A stretch of 64,000 nucleotides of DNA from Prochlorococcus sp. AG-388-D03 (GCA_003279875.1 QCGN01000005.1:1781-65780); one strand, 5' to 3'. Positions 1 to 11,504 are shown, counted from the first letter of the stretch. Notes: a model not told the origin generated them from the letters alone. A program made the numbers and translations.

Positions 1-485
1 TAAATTCAATACTTGAAAAATTTAAAATCAAGTTTATAAAAATATTTTTTATATTATCTCCTCTAGAAATAGTTCTATTTTTAATAGATAAGTTAGGATT
101 TATTAAATTAGGTCTTTATTCTGCCTATTGCAAGAAGGATAATATCGATCAGGAATTAATTGAAATAATAAGAAAACCAGTTTTGAGAAAGACAGCAGCA
201 AGATCATTAAGAGCTATGTGTTTTGGCATGTCAACAAGGGGAAATAAGTTGAAATCCTCTTATCTTTTGGAACAGCTTAGTCATTCAAAAAAAGTACCTT
301 TTTTATTATTGTGGGGTGAAAAAGATAATTTCATACCTTTATTCTTTGGAAAAAAGATTGCAAATTGCCACAGATGGGTAGAATTAAAGATAATACCTAA
401 TTCAGGCCATTGTGTTCATGATGAAGATCCTTCATTATTTAATAAAATTTCTCATGAATGGATTAGAGATTTAAAAACCATTTAA
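1..485 (+). CDS. Alpha/beta hydrolase, C-terminal part (5' end outside window)
   Basis: Frame is open from base 3. LLWGEKD..IP and GHCVHDE acid/His motifs are present. Confidence 0.8.
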   Translation, partial: NSILEKFKIKFIKIFFILSPLEIVLFLIDKLGFIKLGLYSAYCKKDNIDQELIEIIRKPVLRKTAARSLRAMCFGMSTRGNKLKSSYLLEQLSHSKKVPFLLLWGEKDNFIPLFFGKKIANCHRWVELKIIPNSGHCVHDEDPSLFNKISHEWIRDLKTI

Positions 486-488
486 AAT

Positions 489-1013
489 ATGAAACACACA
501 TTATCAGTACTTGTTGAAGACGAATCAGGTGCATTGAGTAGAATTTCAGGACTTTTTGCTAGAAGAGGTTTTAATATTGATAGTCTTGCTGTTGGGCCTG
601 CCGAATCTAAAGGAATTTCTAGATTAACAATGGTAGTAGAAGGGGATAATGAAACTCTTCAACAAATGACAAAGCAACTTAATAAATTATTTAATGTTCT
701 TGGAGTCGTAGATTTTACTAATCTTGCTGCTGTTGAGAGGGAATTAATGCTTCTTAAAGTCTCGTCTAAAGATGATACAAGAAGTAATATTTTGGATATC
801 GTTCAAATATTTAGAGCAAAAGTAGTAGATGTTTCTGATATCGCTTTAACACTTGAAGTTGTTGGAGATCCAGGGAAATTAGTTGCTTTGGAAAAACTAC
901 TTGAACCATACGGAATTCTTGAGATCGCCAGGACAGGGAAAGTTGCACTTAAGCGATCCTCTGGAGTAAATACTGAAATGTTAAAAATAAATAAATACTC
1001 TTTAGAGATTTAA
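489..1013 (+). CDS. ilvN: Acetolactate synthase small subunit
   Basis: [39 protein letters not shown] domain; EIARTG motif. Confidence 0.97.
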   Translation: MKHTLSVLVEDESGALSRISGLFARRGFNIDSLAVGPAESKGISRLTMVVEGDNETLQQMTKQLNKLFNVLGVVDFTNLAAVERELMLLKVSSKDDTRSNILDIVQIFRAKVVDVSDIALTLEVVGDPGKLVALEKLLEPYGILEIARTGKVALKRSSGVNTEMLKINKYSLEI

Positions 1014-1654
1014 TGAGAAATTATGATTTGATAAATCAAATTTTCTTTATCAATTTTTTCTAAAACTTCAATTCCTTTAATAACTTTTCCAAAAATTGCA
1101 TACCTCCCATCTAATTCTGGAATTTTATTAGTTACAAAGAAAAATTCAGTAGAGGATGAATTCCTTTTTCCGTTTTTTACCATTGCTAGTGAGCCCTTTT
1201 CAAACAAATTTGTAAGCTCAACAATTTGCGAAGGATCTACGATTTGATATCTATATTTTGGCTCAATTTCTTTTTTTAACTTAATTTCTAATGGGATATT
1301 GCGTCTAAGTTTATTTAGATTTTGATTTTCTTTTTCGTAATAATTAGTTTCTGAGTAAGTGCCTGAATAAATTATTTGAACTTGAGGGAAATTAATTATT
1401 TTATAAAACCTTTTATTTTTATAAATATTTTTTTTAATATTTTCAATAAAATTATTAACTGTCACTGGGTTGGTTTCCCCATATAGTTTCACATCAAAAT
1501 CACCTTTTGAAGTTTTAAAAGAAACTCTTCTATTCTTTTTTAAACAATTAAGTTCAAGCTTTTCACAGTAATAATTAGAATCTATCGCACTGTTATAACT
1601 GCAACTTGTAGTCAAAAACAAAAATATTTTAAGAAACAAAAGGAGTTTTAACAA
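1010..1654 (-). CDS. Cyclophilin-type peptidyl-prolyl isomerase (probable lipoprotein)
   Basis: [37 protein letters not shown] motifs. Confidence 0.88.
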   Translation of the reverse strand: MLKLLLFLKIFLFLTTSCSYNSAIDSNYYCEKLELNCLKKNRRVSFKTSKGDFDVKLYGETNPVTVNNFIENIKKNIYKNKRFYKIINFPQVQIIYSGTYSETNYYEKENQNLNKLRRNIPLEIKLKKEIEPKYRYQIVDPSQIVELTNLFEKGSLAMVKNGKRNSSSTEFFFVTNKIPELDGRYAIFGKVIKGIEVLEKIDKENLIYQIIISH

Positions 1655-1665
1655 ATAAAAACTTC

Positions 1666-2223
1666 TTATTTTAAACCCTCCAAATTTACATTTAAAAATT
1701 TAGCTAGTTTGGCTCCTTCTTCTTCAACTTGAAGTAATGGTTTAAGTTCACCTGCTCCGCTAAGAGGAAGTGCTTTTTTTCTCCCCTTAAGAACTAATGC
1801 TATTCTTCTTCTAGGATTAAATCCCTCACTTATATCCAATTTTACAGATTTAATTTCATCAAAATTTATTTTAACTTCAACGTCTTTGAATAAGCCTTTT
1901 CTTTTAATTTCTACAGATTTAGAATTTTTATCGAAATAATTATAACCTGAACCAAAATTTATAAATACCAGATACCATAAATAAATGTTTAATAAATTAG
2001 CTATTACGCCATAAACCCCCATTATTATTCCTTGAGGAATAAAAAGTAAGGATGAAGGGTTACCTAGGGGTAGTAAATCTCTTCCTGTATAACTCGATAT
2101 TGCAGCCAATATAAAACCCAGCCCCCCAATCGTAAGCATTCCCCCAATAAGATAGTTCGATATTTTTCTTGATCCATTAATCTTTTGTTCAATCTTATTA
2201 AACGAAGAGAGATTTGATTCCAT
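1666..2223 (-). CDS. ycf4: Photosystem I assembly protein Ycf4
   Basis: GSRKISNY, GGLGF, FIPQG, GSGYN motifs; divergent from psbD as in cyanobacteria. Confidence 0.96.
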   Translation of the reverse strand: MESNLSSFNKIEQKINGSRKISNYLIGGMLTIGGLGFILAAISSYTGRDLLPLGNPSSLLFIPQGIIMGVYGVIANLLNIYLWYLVFINFGSGYNYFDKNSKSVEIKRKGLFKDVEVKINFDEIKSVKLDISEGFNPRRRIALVLKGRKKALPLSGAGELKPLLQVEEEGAKLAKFLNVNLEGLK

Positions 2224-2405
2224 AATATTTATTTTAAATGCCTATTCAAACAAATTTAGCAAATTATTTAAAGTATTAATACCTATTTTCTAAACAAAAA
2301 GTCAGGAAAGCTTTACAAGGCGTTTCATATATACAAATATTTCCCCACTTTACTCTCAATCTTTGTTACAGTCGCAGCGTATCCCGAAGCTAAAAACGAT
2401 TTCTC

Positions 2406-3482
2406 ATGACGATCGCCGTTGGAAGCGCACCACAGAGAGGATGGTTTGATGTCCTTGATGATTGGTTAAAGCGCGACAGGTTTGTATTTATTGGTTGGTC
2501 CGGACTACTTCTTCTACCTTGTGCATATCTTGCAATAGGTGGTTGGTTTGTTGGAACAACTTTTGTTACCTCTTGGTACACACATGGAGTTGCAAGCTCA
2601 TACCTTGAAGGTTGTAACTTTTTAACAGCTGCTGTAAGTACCCCTGGAGATGCCATGGGTCACAGTCTCCTATTCCTATGGGGTCCTGAAGCTCAAGGAA
2701 GTTTCGTAAGATGGCTGCAGCTTGGTGGTCTTTGGAATTTTGTTGCATTACATGGAGTATTTGGCCTTATAGGTTTTATGCTTCGTCAATTTGAAATTGC
2801 TGGTCTTGTAGGAATTAGACCTTACAACGCACTTGCATTCTCAGCTGTAATAGCAGTTTTCACAAGTATTTTCCTTATCTACCCTCTAGGACAACATAGT
2901 TGGTTCTTTGCACCTTCATTTGGTGTTGCAGCAATCTTCCGTTATATCTTGTTCATTCAAGGTTTTCACAATATCACTTTAAATCCTTTCCATATGATGG
3001 GTGTTGCTGGAATTCTTGGTGGTGCTCTTCTTTGCGCTATCCATGGAGCTACAGTACAAAATACATTGTACGAAGATACAAGTATTTACACAGAAGGTAA
3101 AGTCCAAAGTTCGACATTTAGAGCTTTCGACCCTACACAAGAAGAAGAAACCTATTCAATGATTACTGCGAATAGATTTTGGAGCCAAATTTTTGGTATT
3201 GCTTTTTCTAACAAGCGTTTCCTTCACTTCTTGATGTTATTTGTACCTGTTATGGGTATGTGGACATCTTCGATTGGTATTGTTGGTTTAGCACTTAACT
3301 TAAGAGCTTACGATTTTGTTAGCCAAGAAATACGTGCAGCAGAAGATCCAGAATTTGAAACTTTCTACACAAAGAATATACTTTTGAACGAAGGTATGCG
3401 AGCATGGATGTCTTCTGTGGATCAACCACACGAAAATTTTGTATTCCCTGAGGAGGTTCTTCCACGTGGAAACGCCCTTTAA
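2406..3482 (+). CDS. psbD: Photosystem II D2 protein
   Basis: [18 protein letters not shown] ... [11 protein letters not shown]. Confidence 0.99.
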   Translation: MTIAVGSAPQRGWFDVLDDWLKRDRFVFIGWSGLLLLPCAYLAIGGWFVGTTFVTSWYTHGVASSYLEGCNFLTAAVSTPGDAMGHSLLFLWGPEAQGSFVRWLQLGGLWNFVALHGVFGLIGFMLRQFEIAGLVGIRPYNALAFSAVIAVFTSIFLIYPLGQHSWFFAPSFGVAAIFRYILFIQGFHNITLNPFHMMGVAGILGGALLCAIHGATVQNTLYEDTSIYTEGKVQSSTFRAFDPTQEEETYSMITANRFWSQIFGIAFSNKRFLHFLMLFVPVMGMWTSSIGIVGLALNLRAYDFVSQEIRAAEDPEFETFYTKNILLNEGMRAWMSSVDQPHENFVFPEEVLPRGNAL

Positions 3483-4848
3483 TAATTTATTAAGAGCTCC
3501 AAACCAAAGTATTGAAGAAACTGGTTATGCCTGGTATGTAGGTAACGCTAGACTCATCAATTTATCTGGACGTTTATTAGGAGCTCACATTGCTCACTCT
3601 GGACTAATAGTCTTTTGGGCGGGAGCAATGATGCTCTTTGAGGTTAATCATTTTACATTTGATAAACCAATGTGGGAGCAAGGTTTAATATGTATGCCAC
3701 ACGTTGCGATGTTTGGCTATGGAATTGGACCTGGTGGTGAAGTAACAGACATTATGCCTTTCTTCCAGGCTGGTGTAGTTCATTTAATAGCTTCAGCCGT
3801 TCTAGGTTTTGGTGGTATTTACCATTCATTAGCTGGTCCGGAAAAACTTGAAGAAGATTTTCCTTTCTTTTCTACTGATTGGAGAGATAAGAATCAAATG
3901 ACCAACATACTTGGTTATCATTTGATTGTTTTAGGAGTAGGTGCCTTAGCATGGTCAGTAAACTGGTGTTTTATTGGTGGTGCATACGACACATGGGCTC
4001 CTGGAGGAGGAGAAGTAAGACTTGTCAATCCAACACTTGATCCAAGAGTAATTCTCGGATACCTATTTAGATCTCCTTGGGGGGGGGCTGGTTCAATTAT
4101 CGGTGTCAACTCAATTGAAGATATCGTTGGTGGACATGTTTATGTGGGTATAACTGCAATTATTGGAGGTATATTTCACATCTTTACTAAACCTTTTGGT
4201 TGGGCAAGAAGAGCATTCATCTGGAATGGAGAAGGCCTATTAAGTTATGCACTTGGTGGAATTTGTGTTGCTAGTTTTATAGCTTCAACATTCATCTGGT
4301 TCAATAATACAGCTTATCCTTCAGAATTCTACGGTCCAACAAATGCTGAAGCTTCACAAGCCCAAAGCTTTACTTTCTTAGTGAGAGATCAAAGAATTGG
4401 AGCTAATGTAGGTTCAACAATGGGTCCAACAGGTTTAGGTAAGTATCTCATGAGATCTCCTACAGGTGAAATTATATTTGGTGGTGAAACAATGAGATTT
4501 TGGGATTTCAGAGGGCCATGGTTAGAGCCTTTAAGGGGACCTAACGGTTTGAGCCTCGAAAAAATTCAAAATGATATTCAGCCTTGGCAAGTAAGAAGAG
4601 CAGCTGAATATATGACTCATGCTCCTAATGCTTCTATCAACTCTGTTGGAGGTATTATTACTGAGCCTAACGCTGTTAACTTTGTAAATTTAAGACAATG
4701 GTTGGCGGCAGCACAATTCTTCCTAGGATGGTTTACATTTATCGGTCACCTTTGGCATGCAGGACGTGCCAGAGCAGCCGCTGCCGGTTTCGAAAAAGGA
4801 ATCGACAGAAAGAGTGAGCCGGCTCTAGAAATGCCTGATATTGATTAA
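3466..4848 (+). CDS. psbC: Photosystem II CP43 protein
   Basis: GTG start at 3466 overlaps the psbD end, with AGGAGG at 3451-3456. [10 protein letters not shown] and [19 protein letters not shown] motifs. Confidence 0.99.
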   Translation: METPFNNLLRAPNQSIEETGYAWYVGNARLINLSGRLLGAHIAHSGLIVFWAGAMMLFEVNHFTFDKPMWEQGLICMPHVAMFGYGIGPGGEVTDIMPFFQAGVVHLIASAVLGFGGIYHSLAGPEKLEEDFPFFSTDWRDKNQMTNILGYHLIVLGVGALAWSVNWCFIGGAYDTWAPGGGEVRLVNPTLDPRVILGYLFRSPWGGAGSIIGVNSIEDIVGGHVYVGITAIIGGIFHIFTKPFGWARRAFIWNGEGLLSYALGGICVASFIASTFIWFNNTAYPSEFYGPTNAEASQAQSFTFLVRDQRIGANVGSTMGPTGLGKYLMRSPTGEIIFGGETMRFWDFRGPWLEPLRGPNGLSLEKIQNDIQPWQVRRAAEYMTHAPNASINSVGGIITEPNAVNFVNLRQWLAAAQFFLGWFTFIGHLWHAGRARAAAAGFEKGIDRKSEPALEMPDID

Positions 4849-4866
4849 TACCAATCAATTTTTTCT

Positions 4867-4893
4867 AAAGACCCTTATTAAGGGTCTTTTTTT
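4867..4893. terminator. Intrinsic terminator after psbC (between convergent genes)
   Basis: AAAGACCCTT-att-AAGGGTCTTT hairpin followed by a T run. Confidence 0.85.
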
Positions 4894-5519
4894 TATGCGA
4901 AAATTCCTTCCTTAATTAAATTTCCTCTAAGCCATGGCAAACTTAAACCCATAACATTACTAAAACAACCATCTATTCTCTCTATATATTTACCTCCTAT
5001 ACCTTCTAAAGCAAATCCTCCAGCACAATTTAAAGGTTCAAGAGAATCTACATAACTTTTTATTTCTTCATCTCTCAATTCAGAGAAATAAACTTTTGAA
5101 CTTACTGTTTTTTTAATTTTTTTATTCACTCTGATTAATCTCGAGGTTAAATCATAATCACTAATTAATAATGTATGTCCTGTATGGAGGAAACCCAATT
5201 CTCCAGACATTTCTGACCATCTTTTATATGCCTCGTCTTTGTCAGATGGTTTTCCGAAAGCTTTTCCTTTAAATTCAAAGATAGAATCACAACCAAGGAT
5301 TTCGATTGAACTAAAAGTTAAATCTTCTGGGAATTCTATTTCCTTTATATTACGAACTAAACTATTGGCTTTTTGAAAAGATAATTCTAGAGCCAAATTA
5401 GAGATATCTTTCTCTTTTATTGAAGATTCATCAAAATTACTCGATATTTGAATAAATTCAATTTGAGAATTTTCTAGTAATTTCTTTCTAGATTGAGAAG
5501 CAGAGGCTAGAATTAACAC
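4893..5519 (-). CDS. maf: Maf-family nucleoside triphosphate pyrophosphatase
   Basis: [32 protein letters not shown] motifs. Confidence 0.94.
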   Translation of the reverse strand: MLILASASQSRKKLLENSQIEFIQISSNFDESSIKEKDISNLALELSFQKANSLVRNIKEIEFPEDLTFSSIEILGCDSIFEFKGKAFGKPSDKDEAYKRWSEMSGELGFLHTGHTLLISDYDLTSRLIRVNKKIKKTVSSKVYFSELRDEEIKSYVDSLEPLNCAGGFALEGIGGKYIERIDGCFSNVMGLSLPWLRGNLIKEGIFA

Positions 5520-5585
5520 AAATTTTTTATTGCATTATAGTTTAATTTAGAGATTAATAAATTCAAAATTCAATATAAATAACGA

Positions 5586-7118
5586 ATGCACTCCACAGAA
5601 AACCATAATCCAAAAAGTAAACCAATTATGGTTTTAGGAACTTCTAGTGGAGCAGGCAAATCATTAACAGTCACTGCGATTTGCAGACTACTTAAAAATC
5701 TTGGAGAAAAGCCAATACCTTTTAAGGGGCAAAACATGAGCAATAATGCATGGGTTGATTGGAATGGAGGAGAGATGGCATATTCACAAGCTTTGCAAGC
5801 ATTCGCTTGCGGGATTGTTCCATCTTCAGAGATGAATCCTATTTTATTAAAACCACAAGGTGATTCAACATGTGAAGTCATTCATTTAGGTAAAAGTATG
5901 GGTATTACAACAGCAAAAGATTACTACAAGGATTGGTTCAATCCAGGATGGGAGGTAATTAAAAATAGTATAAATATCATTTACAAAAGCAATAAAAATT
6001 GTCGATTAATTATTGAGGGAGCAGGAAGTCCTGTAGAGATGAATTTAATTCACAGAGATCTCACTAACTTAAGAGTTGCTAAGTATTTAGAAGCAAATTG
6101 CATTTTAGTAACTGATATCGAAAGAGGTGGTGTATTTGCACAAATAATAGGGACTCTTGAGTTAATGAAACCAGACGAAAGAAAACTTATTAAAGGGATA
6201 TTAATAAATAGATTTAGAGGAGACCTTTCATTATTCGAGGAAGGAAAAAAATGGATAGAAAATAAAACTCAAATTCCTGTTTTAGGAATAATTCCTTGGT
6301 TGGATGATAAATTCCCACCAGAAGATTCATTAGATTTATTAGAAAAAAAAAGATATTTTACTAATCCAGAAATAAAAGTTGGAATTATAAAATTGCCATC
6401 AATAAGTAATTTTTCAGATTTTGATCCATTAGAAAATGAAGATTCCATATTAATTGAATGGGTAATGGAATCTCAAAACTTAAATCAATTTGATTTTATT
6501 ATTCTACCTGGGAGTAAGCAGACTATTAAAGATCAACTATTTCTTAATGAGTCTGGGTTATCAAAAGATATAAAAGATTATTCAAACAATAATGGTAATA
6601 TTTTCGGAATTTGTGGAGGTCTGCAAATGTTGGGCACAATTCTTGAAGACCCATTTTGCAAAGAAGGATCAAGACTTACTTCTGAGCAATCAATTAAGGG
6701 GATTGGATTACTACCTTTAAAAACAATTTTTCTCAAAAATAAGATAACAAGACAAATTAATTCTGAATCAATTTGGCCGAAATTAACAAAAATCAATGGG
6801 TTTGAAATACATAATGGAACAACAGAATTAGATATGAATAGTAAAGGAAATTTAAAAATAAAACATATATTTAAAGATTCAGATCTTGGATGGTATAAAG
6901 AAAATTGTAAGGGGGGCTCTATTGCGGGTACATACATTCATGGGATTTTTGAGAATGATGACTGGCGAGATAACTATATAAATTTAATTAGAAAGACTAA
7001 AAACTTACCTATATCAGCCAAAAAATCAAGATCTTATAAAATAAAACGAGAATCTATTATTAATAATCTCGCAAATGAATTTAATAAACACTTTAATATT
7101 TCATTGCTATTAAATTGA
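5586..7118 (+). CDS. cobQ: Cobyric acid synthase
   Basis: GTSSGAGKS, FKGQNMSNN, EGAGSP, ISNFSDF, GICGG, GTYIHG motifs. Confidence 0.96.
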   Translation: MHSTENHNPKSKPIMVLGTSSGAGKSLTVTAICRLLKNLGEKPIPFKGQNMSNNAWVDWNGGEMAYSQALQAFACGIVPSSEMNPILLKPQGDSTCEVIHLGKSMGITTAKDYYKDWFNPGWEVIKNSINIIYKSNKNCRLIIEGAGSPVEMNLIHRDLTNLRVAKYLEANCILVTDIERGGVFAQIIGTLELMKPDERKLIKGILINRFRGDLSLFEEGKKWIENKTQIPVLGIIPWLDDKFPPEDSLDLLEKKRYFTNPEIKVGIIKLPSISNFSDFDPLENEDSILIEWVMESQNLNQFDFIILPGSKQTIKDQLFLNESGLSKDIKDYSNNNGNIFGICGGLQMLGTILEDPFCKEGSRLTSEQSIKGIGLLPLKTIFLKNKITRQINSESIWPKLTKINGFEIHNGTTELDMNSKGNLKIKHIFKDSDLGWYKENCKGGSIAGTYIHGIFENDDWRDNYINLIRKTKNLPISAKKSRSYKIKRESIINNLANEFNKHFNISLLLN

Positions 7119-7366
7119 AAGAATCCAAAATTAAAATCACTTGGCCAAATAATATTGAGACCTATGCCTACGATGGGGATGATTGGTTCTTAATTGCTGA
7201 AAAGGTAGGTTTGGAAATTCCAACTGGCTGTTTGACGGGGAGTTGTGGGGCCTGTGAAATAGATGTAAATGGAGAAACTGTTAGAGCATGTATAAGCAAT
7301 ATTAAAAAGGGGAAAGAATCCTCATTAAGAGTTTCATTTACTACAGACCCCTTTTGGGAAAACTAG
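7115..7366 (+). CDS. Small 2Fe-2S ferredoxin-like protein
   Basis: GCLTGSCGAC...RAC cysteine pattern. Confidence 0.88.
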   Translation: MKESKIKITWPNNIETYAYDGDDWFLIAEKVGLEIPTGCLTGSCGACEIDVNGETVRACISNIKKGKESSLRVSFTTDPFWEN

Positions 7367-7379
7367 ATTTTTTAATTAT

Positions 7380-8336
7380 TTAATATAAAAAATTTAACTT
7401 TATGCCAAATCGATATTCTTTATCTTCAAGAAATTGTCCAAGGTCTTGAATACCCGCTGCATTGGAATAATATAAATCAATAGATTTCCCTGGTTGAAAA
7501 GAATATCTTAATCCTAATGAAGAGCTAAAATCTGCATCACTTTTAAGTGAAATATTTATTTCAGGGATTAGTTGTAAATTATCTAATAAATTTATATAAC
7601 TTGAAACTCCAACCCCCCCAAAACTTTCTATCCTACTATAAAAGTATTTTGAACTAACATTAAAGGCAACCTTATCATTAAATCTAAAAGTGTTTATCAA
7701 TTCAGTTATTAGATAACCTTGATTAATCAGATCATCACTTCCTACGGATGTTCTTAATGTCATCCAAAAAGGGTCATAATTTTGTGGACTAAGAAGTAAC
7801 AATTTACCACCTATTTTATAGTTCAAATTATTCTTACTCAAATATCTCTCATGCAAACTTGAATGTTTATCATCGATTAAATTCACATCATTAAAAGATC
7901 CTGTACTTAGTTCTAATTGATATATGTTTGACAAAGAATAACTATAAAATCCAAACAAATTTCCTTTAGAGTCATAATTTAAATTTATTAGTGAAGTCCC
8001 AGCCTTAGGTATCAAAGCATTACTCACAGTAATTCCACCATAATTAAGCAATTTATCTCTTTTATTAAAAGGTTGTTTAAATATATCTTTTTTTTCATTT
8101 CTAAAATCATTAAGTTTTTTTATCTCAGGTCTTACATCAATTCCATTTTGAAAATAACTTTCATCATCCTTATACGATTTCCAAATAATCTTTTTAAGAT
8201 TATTTAATTTATTTTCCTGAACTTTCTCCCATTTAATTGAATTTTGTTCGCGAGAATTTTTTTGAAATTTTTCAGAAAAAACAACTAGAGAATTTAATAA
8301 TTGACTAAAGATAAATATAAAAAAAAATAACCTCAT
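7380..8336 (-). CDS. Hypothetical exported protein, probable outer-membrane beta-barrel
   Basis: Signal-like N-terminus, alternating amphipathic strands, terminal aromatic residue (FGIKLNFLY). Confidence 0.55.
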   Translation of the reverse strand: MRLFFFIFIFSQLLNSLVVFSEKFQKNSREQNSIKWEKVQENKLNNLKKIIWKSYKDDESYFQNGIDVRPEIKKLNDFRNEKKDIFKQPFNKRDKLLNYGGITVSNALIPKAGTSLINLNYDSKGNLFGFYSYSLSNIYQLELSTGSFNDVNLIDDKHSSLHERYLSKNNLNYKIGGKLLLLSPQNYDPFWMTLRTSVGSDDLINQGYLITELINTFRFNDKVAFNVSSKYFYSRIESFGGVGVSSYINLLDNLQLIPEINISLKSDADFSSSLGLRYSFQPGKSIDLYYSNAAGIQDLGQFLEDKEYRFGIKLNFLY

Positions 8337-8398
8337 TTAGAAAAATCTTCTGTTCGCCAAAATAACCCTTTAATAATACTACCCATAAACTATATTCA

Positions 8399-10258
8399 TC
8401 AATTTAATTTAGAAATCAAATAACCATAGGCACTTGATCCACTCCAACCAACAAATTTATCCATCTCAAGGTGCGTGTCCCTTTGAAACTCATACGAATC
8501 AACTATTTGCAAATTATCTGATCTTTTTATGCAACCATCAGAAAAAACTTCTAAAGATTTTCGTTGTTTTTCATTGTTTAACTGAAGCGGTTCTCTATTG
8601 CCATAAATAAAAGCTAAATTTGACGATGAAATCTGGTTGTTTATACTGCATTCTTTGCCAACGACTGAACTCCATTCTTTATCCCCATGGGTCCAATAAA
8701 GAGACCATAAATCATGCTGACCTATTGTGGAGGGATAGATATTACTTTTATCAGCCATTTTGTATAGTCTTTCTTGCTGATAGTTAGTGTAGTTTATTGC
8801 ATTTGTAGAAACATAAAGTCCAGACGTAAAAAAGAAAGTTAAAGAGATAGGAACCAAAAATTTATAAAAGCGATAATTTAAGAAAAACTTATCACTAAGA
8901 TATACAAAATATGTAATTATAGGTATCCAAAAAAATGGGAACAAGTAAATATTATGTCTAGATGGGGCGAAGGCATAATTGCCTTTAAATGAAAAAGATA
9001 TGGTAATAAACAAAATACTTATAATTATTAGAGAAATAATTTTTGATAGTTTATTAACTTTAAACAAGAAAAGAAATGAAGTTATTAAAAAAATAAATAA
9101 AAAATAAGAAGATAAGTCTTGCCCATATCGAAATGGATAGATTGATAGAGAAGCTAATCTTGATATTGCATGAAATAGATGTATAAAATTTGTGCCCAAT
9201 GAATAATTCTGGAAATCCAACTTATACAAGAGTCCATCACCGTAAGCCCATTCAGCTGTACCTGCATTCTGAATGATTATAGATATTAATTTAAAGTAGT
9301 GATATTTCGAGAAACCTAATAAAAGTGAAATGGAAAAGGCTATGCCTAAAAGTGAATAAATTTTTGATTTTTTATTTATGAATAAAAGAGACTTTTTTCG
9401 CAATATTTTTTCAATATTTTTAAGGCCTTGCTTTTCAGTGAATACAAAGCAACAACTTGCTAGTAATAAACCAAGATATATAAATACAGTTTGAAATCCC
9501 AGCAAAGAAGATAGCCACATAACTAATAATATGTAAAGCAGTGAAATATCAAATGTTTTACTATTAACGGTTTCATTAGTGCCATTTGTCTTAATTTGGT
9601 AAGTATAAAAAGAAGTAAATAAAGATATACTCATCAAACTACTTATTGCAGGGAGCTGATATGGCATATAAGAGCTCGCATGTAACATAAATTCTGGATT
9701 AAAACAAACGATTAAGATTGCAAAAAAATCAATTAAGTATCTTAGTGTTTGGAAATTTTTAGTTTTAAGTTTATTTTTAAAAGAAAAAAAGATTGTTGTT
9801 ATAGTATTACTCAAAAGGTATGCTGTTAAAATTGCACTCATAAAGCCAACAACTAAAGTAGCAAATCTAGTCCAATCCAATCCAAGTTTTAAAAATGGAA
9901 TAGTAAGCGGAAGATATATAAATCCCCATAAAGGTGGATAAGTTCCCCACCCCTCTCTACATGTTTTTAAAGTGGCTTGAATTAGCTCTAATAGATTAAT
10001 ACTCTGAAAGTCAATTGGGTAAGCAATCTTCGAGGAAAGAGGGAAATTATTACTAGATTCAAATGAATTTATTTTTTTAACAACATCAAAAAAAGTACCA
10101 TAATCATCTACATTTCTCCAACTTGAAGGACCAATTATTAGCCAAAACAAAAAAGAAAGAGCAGCTAGCAAGTAAAAGATTAAAGATGGTTTCCAAAAAC
10201 CAAATCTAATGGAGTTAAAATATTTAACTAAATTCTCTTTTTTGTATAAACCTATCAT
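8399..10258 (-). CDS. Polytopic membrane protein, putative GT-C fold glycosyltransferase
   Basis: Many TM segments; acidic VDDYG after TM1, YPPL motif, late RH..Y..P motif. Confidence 0.55.
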   Translation of the reverse strand: MIGLYKKENLVKYFNSIRFGFWKPSLIFYLLAALSFLFWLIIGPSSWRNVDDYGTFFDVVKKINSFESSNNFPLSSKIAYPIDFQSINLLELIQATLKTCREGWGTYPPLWGFIYLPLTIPFLKLGLDWTRFATLVVGFMSAILTAYLLSNTITTIFFSFKNKLKTKNFQTLRYLIDFFAILIVCFNPEFMLHASSYMPYQLPAISSLMSISLFTSFYTYQIKTNGTNETVNSKTFDISLLYILLVMWLSSLLGFQTVFIYLGLLLASCCFVFTEKQGLKNIEKILRKKSLLFINKKSKIYSLLGIAFSISLLLGFSKYHYFKLISIIIQNAGTAEWAYGDGLLYKLDFQNYSLGTNFIHLFHAISRLASLSIYPFRYGQDLSSYFLFIFLITSFLFLFKVNKLSKIISLIIISILFITISFSFKGNYAFAPSRHNIYLFPFFWIPIITYFVYLSDKFFLNYRFYKFLVPISLTFFFTSGLYVSTNAINYTNYQQERLYKMADKSNIYPSTIGQHDLWSLYWTHGDKEWSSVVGKECSINNQISSSNLAFIYGNREPLQLNNEKQRKSLEVFSDGCIKRSDNLQIVDSYEFQRDTHLEMDKFVGWSGSSAYGYLISKLN

Positions 10259-10457
10259 CTTTTAGATAAATTAACTCCCATATTATAAGTATGCACTTAA
10301 GTAAGCAATTACTTGTTTTCTAAAAAAGGAAAATAGAGATAATTTAATAAATATTCTTAAGCTATTCGCATTGGACGATTGTTATCATTACGCAAATAGT
10401 AAGATTTTGATATCTCATATTCATTTCTTTAAAATTAAAAAAATAAAAAATTTAGAT

Positions 10458-10863
10458 ATGACTGAACAAAGGAAAATAGAGAAATTTGGAGTCGGGAATT
10501 TATATCCTGATATTCATCCACCAGAATTTTCATTCTTTAAAAAAAGATGTATAGATGTAGCAATTGGATATGATGATGGTTTTACTTTCACTCCTAAATT
10601 TGGGAATTTCAAAGAAACTGAAGATATTTTTGATTACCTAAAACAATATCTTCAAGATAAAGAATTAGAAAAATTAGATATTCGTTTTGATATTTTAAAA
10701 AACTTGTATATACCAAATAAATCCTGAAACATTAGAACTTGGAGAATTATTGGAATGTGAAGGAAGTGATGTTGAATATTTTGAATGGAATAAACAAACT
10801 AAAAGTTTTGATGAGGTTGATTCAAATTCTCTAAGTGATGAAAAAGAAGAATATTTTCACTAA
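10458..10863 (+). pseudogene. Hypothetical protein with +1 frameshift in an A6 run
   Basis: ATG at 10458. Removing one A at 10697-10702 continues the frame (LKTCIYQINPETLELGELLECEGSDVEYFEW...EEYFH) to TAA at 10863. Confidence 0.6.
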
Positions 10864-10921
10864 GTGATGATAATTCATATTTCCCTTCAGAAGAAACAGA
10901 GCAAGTTGAGGCATTAATGAA

Positions 10922-11125
10922 ATGAATACAAAACATAATTATGAAGGAGGGTTATTTAATTACATTGTTTTGAAGGAAGAGAAGGAAGTGATCTTTTATT
11001 TACATAATCCCTATCCAGATTGCTTAAAAATCCCAGATATAATGAAACAAAGGTTTCCTAGTTATTACAAGAGCATAGTTGTAAATTCTTTCGATGATTT
11101 CAAAAAGTATGGATCGAAAGTATGA
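10922..11125 (+). CDS. Small hypothetical protein
   Basis: 67 aa ORF coupled to the next ORF by an ATGA overlap. Confidence 0.6.
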   Translation: MNTKHNYEGGLFNYIVLKEEKEVIFYLHNPYPDCLKIPDIMKQRFPSYYKSIVVNSFDDFKKYGSKV

Positions 11126-11304
11126 GCACTAAATGGGATGACAATTCATGGCAGAAAGAGTTCTTGAACATGAAATCTCATTCGCCTTTAGATGCAAAAC
11201 TCCTAATGGGTGATGTAAAAGGATTAAAAAATGCTTGGCGTTTAGGTGTTATGCACGTTGAATACGAAAGATTAAAGAAAATACAAGAGCAGCAGCAACA
11301 ATGA
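11122..11304 (+). CDS. Small hypothetical protein (WQKEFL...LL..G..K...A...G.M motif)
   Basis: 60 aa ORF with ATGA overlaps on both sides. Confidence 0.65.
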   Translation: MSTKWDDNSWQKEFLNMKSHSPLDAKLLMGDVKGLKNAWRLGVMHVEYERLKKIQEQQQQ

Positions 11305-11500
11305 AAGAAGAAATAGATTGGAAGAAAGAATTACTAGAAAGTTGAAGATTTAACGATCAATTTTCCAAAGGTCTTTTAGAAAATGGTGCTAAGAATTTCA
11401 TGCAAGCTATATATTTTGGTTATATGTATTCGAGGTATAGAAAGATCAGAGGTTTAGACAAAGATTACCCAGAAGAAAATATAAGGACAATTACAACTTT
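11301..11500 (+). pseudogene. Paralog of the preceding small protein, with an in-frame TGA
   Basis: MKEEIDWKKELLES*RFNDQFSKGLLENGAKNFMQAIYFGYMYSRYRKIRG; TGA at 11343-11345. Confidence 0.6.
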
Positions 11501-11504
11501 AATT

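Noticed and set aside
3070-3125. Short insertion in the D2 D-E loop ([16 protein letters not shown])
   Set aside because: Known trait of Prochlorococcus D2, not novel.
3439-3465. Longer TTG-started N-terminus for psbC
   Set aside because: The conserved GTG at 3466 with an AGGAGG RBS is the standard start.
2390-4109. Short alternative-frame and antisense ORFs within psbD/psbC
   Set aside because: Shadow ORFs of highly conserved genes with no recognisable motifs.
11343-11345. In-frame TGA as selenocysteine or recoding
   Set aside because: No Cys-like context and no SECIS-like hairpin seen; GGA-to-TGA decay is simpler.
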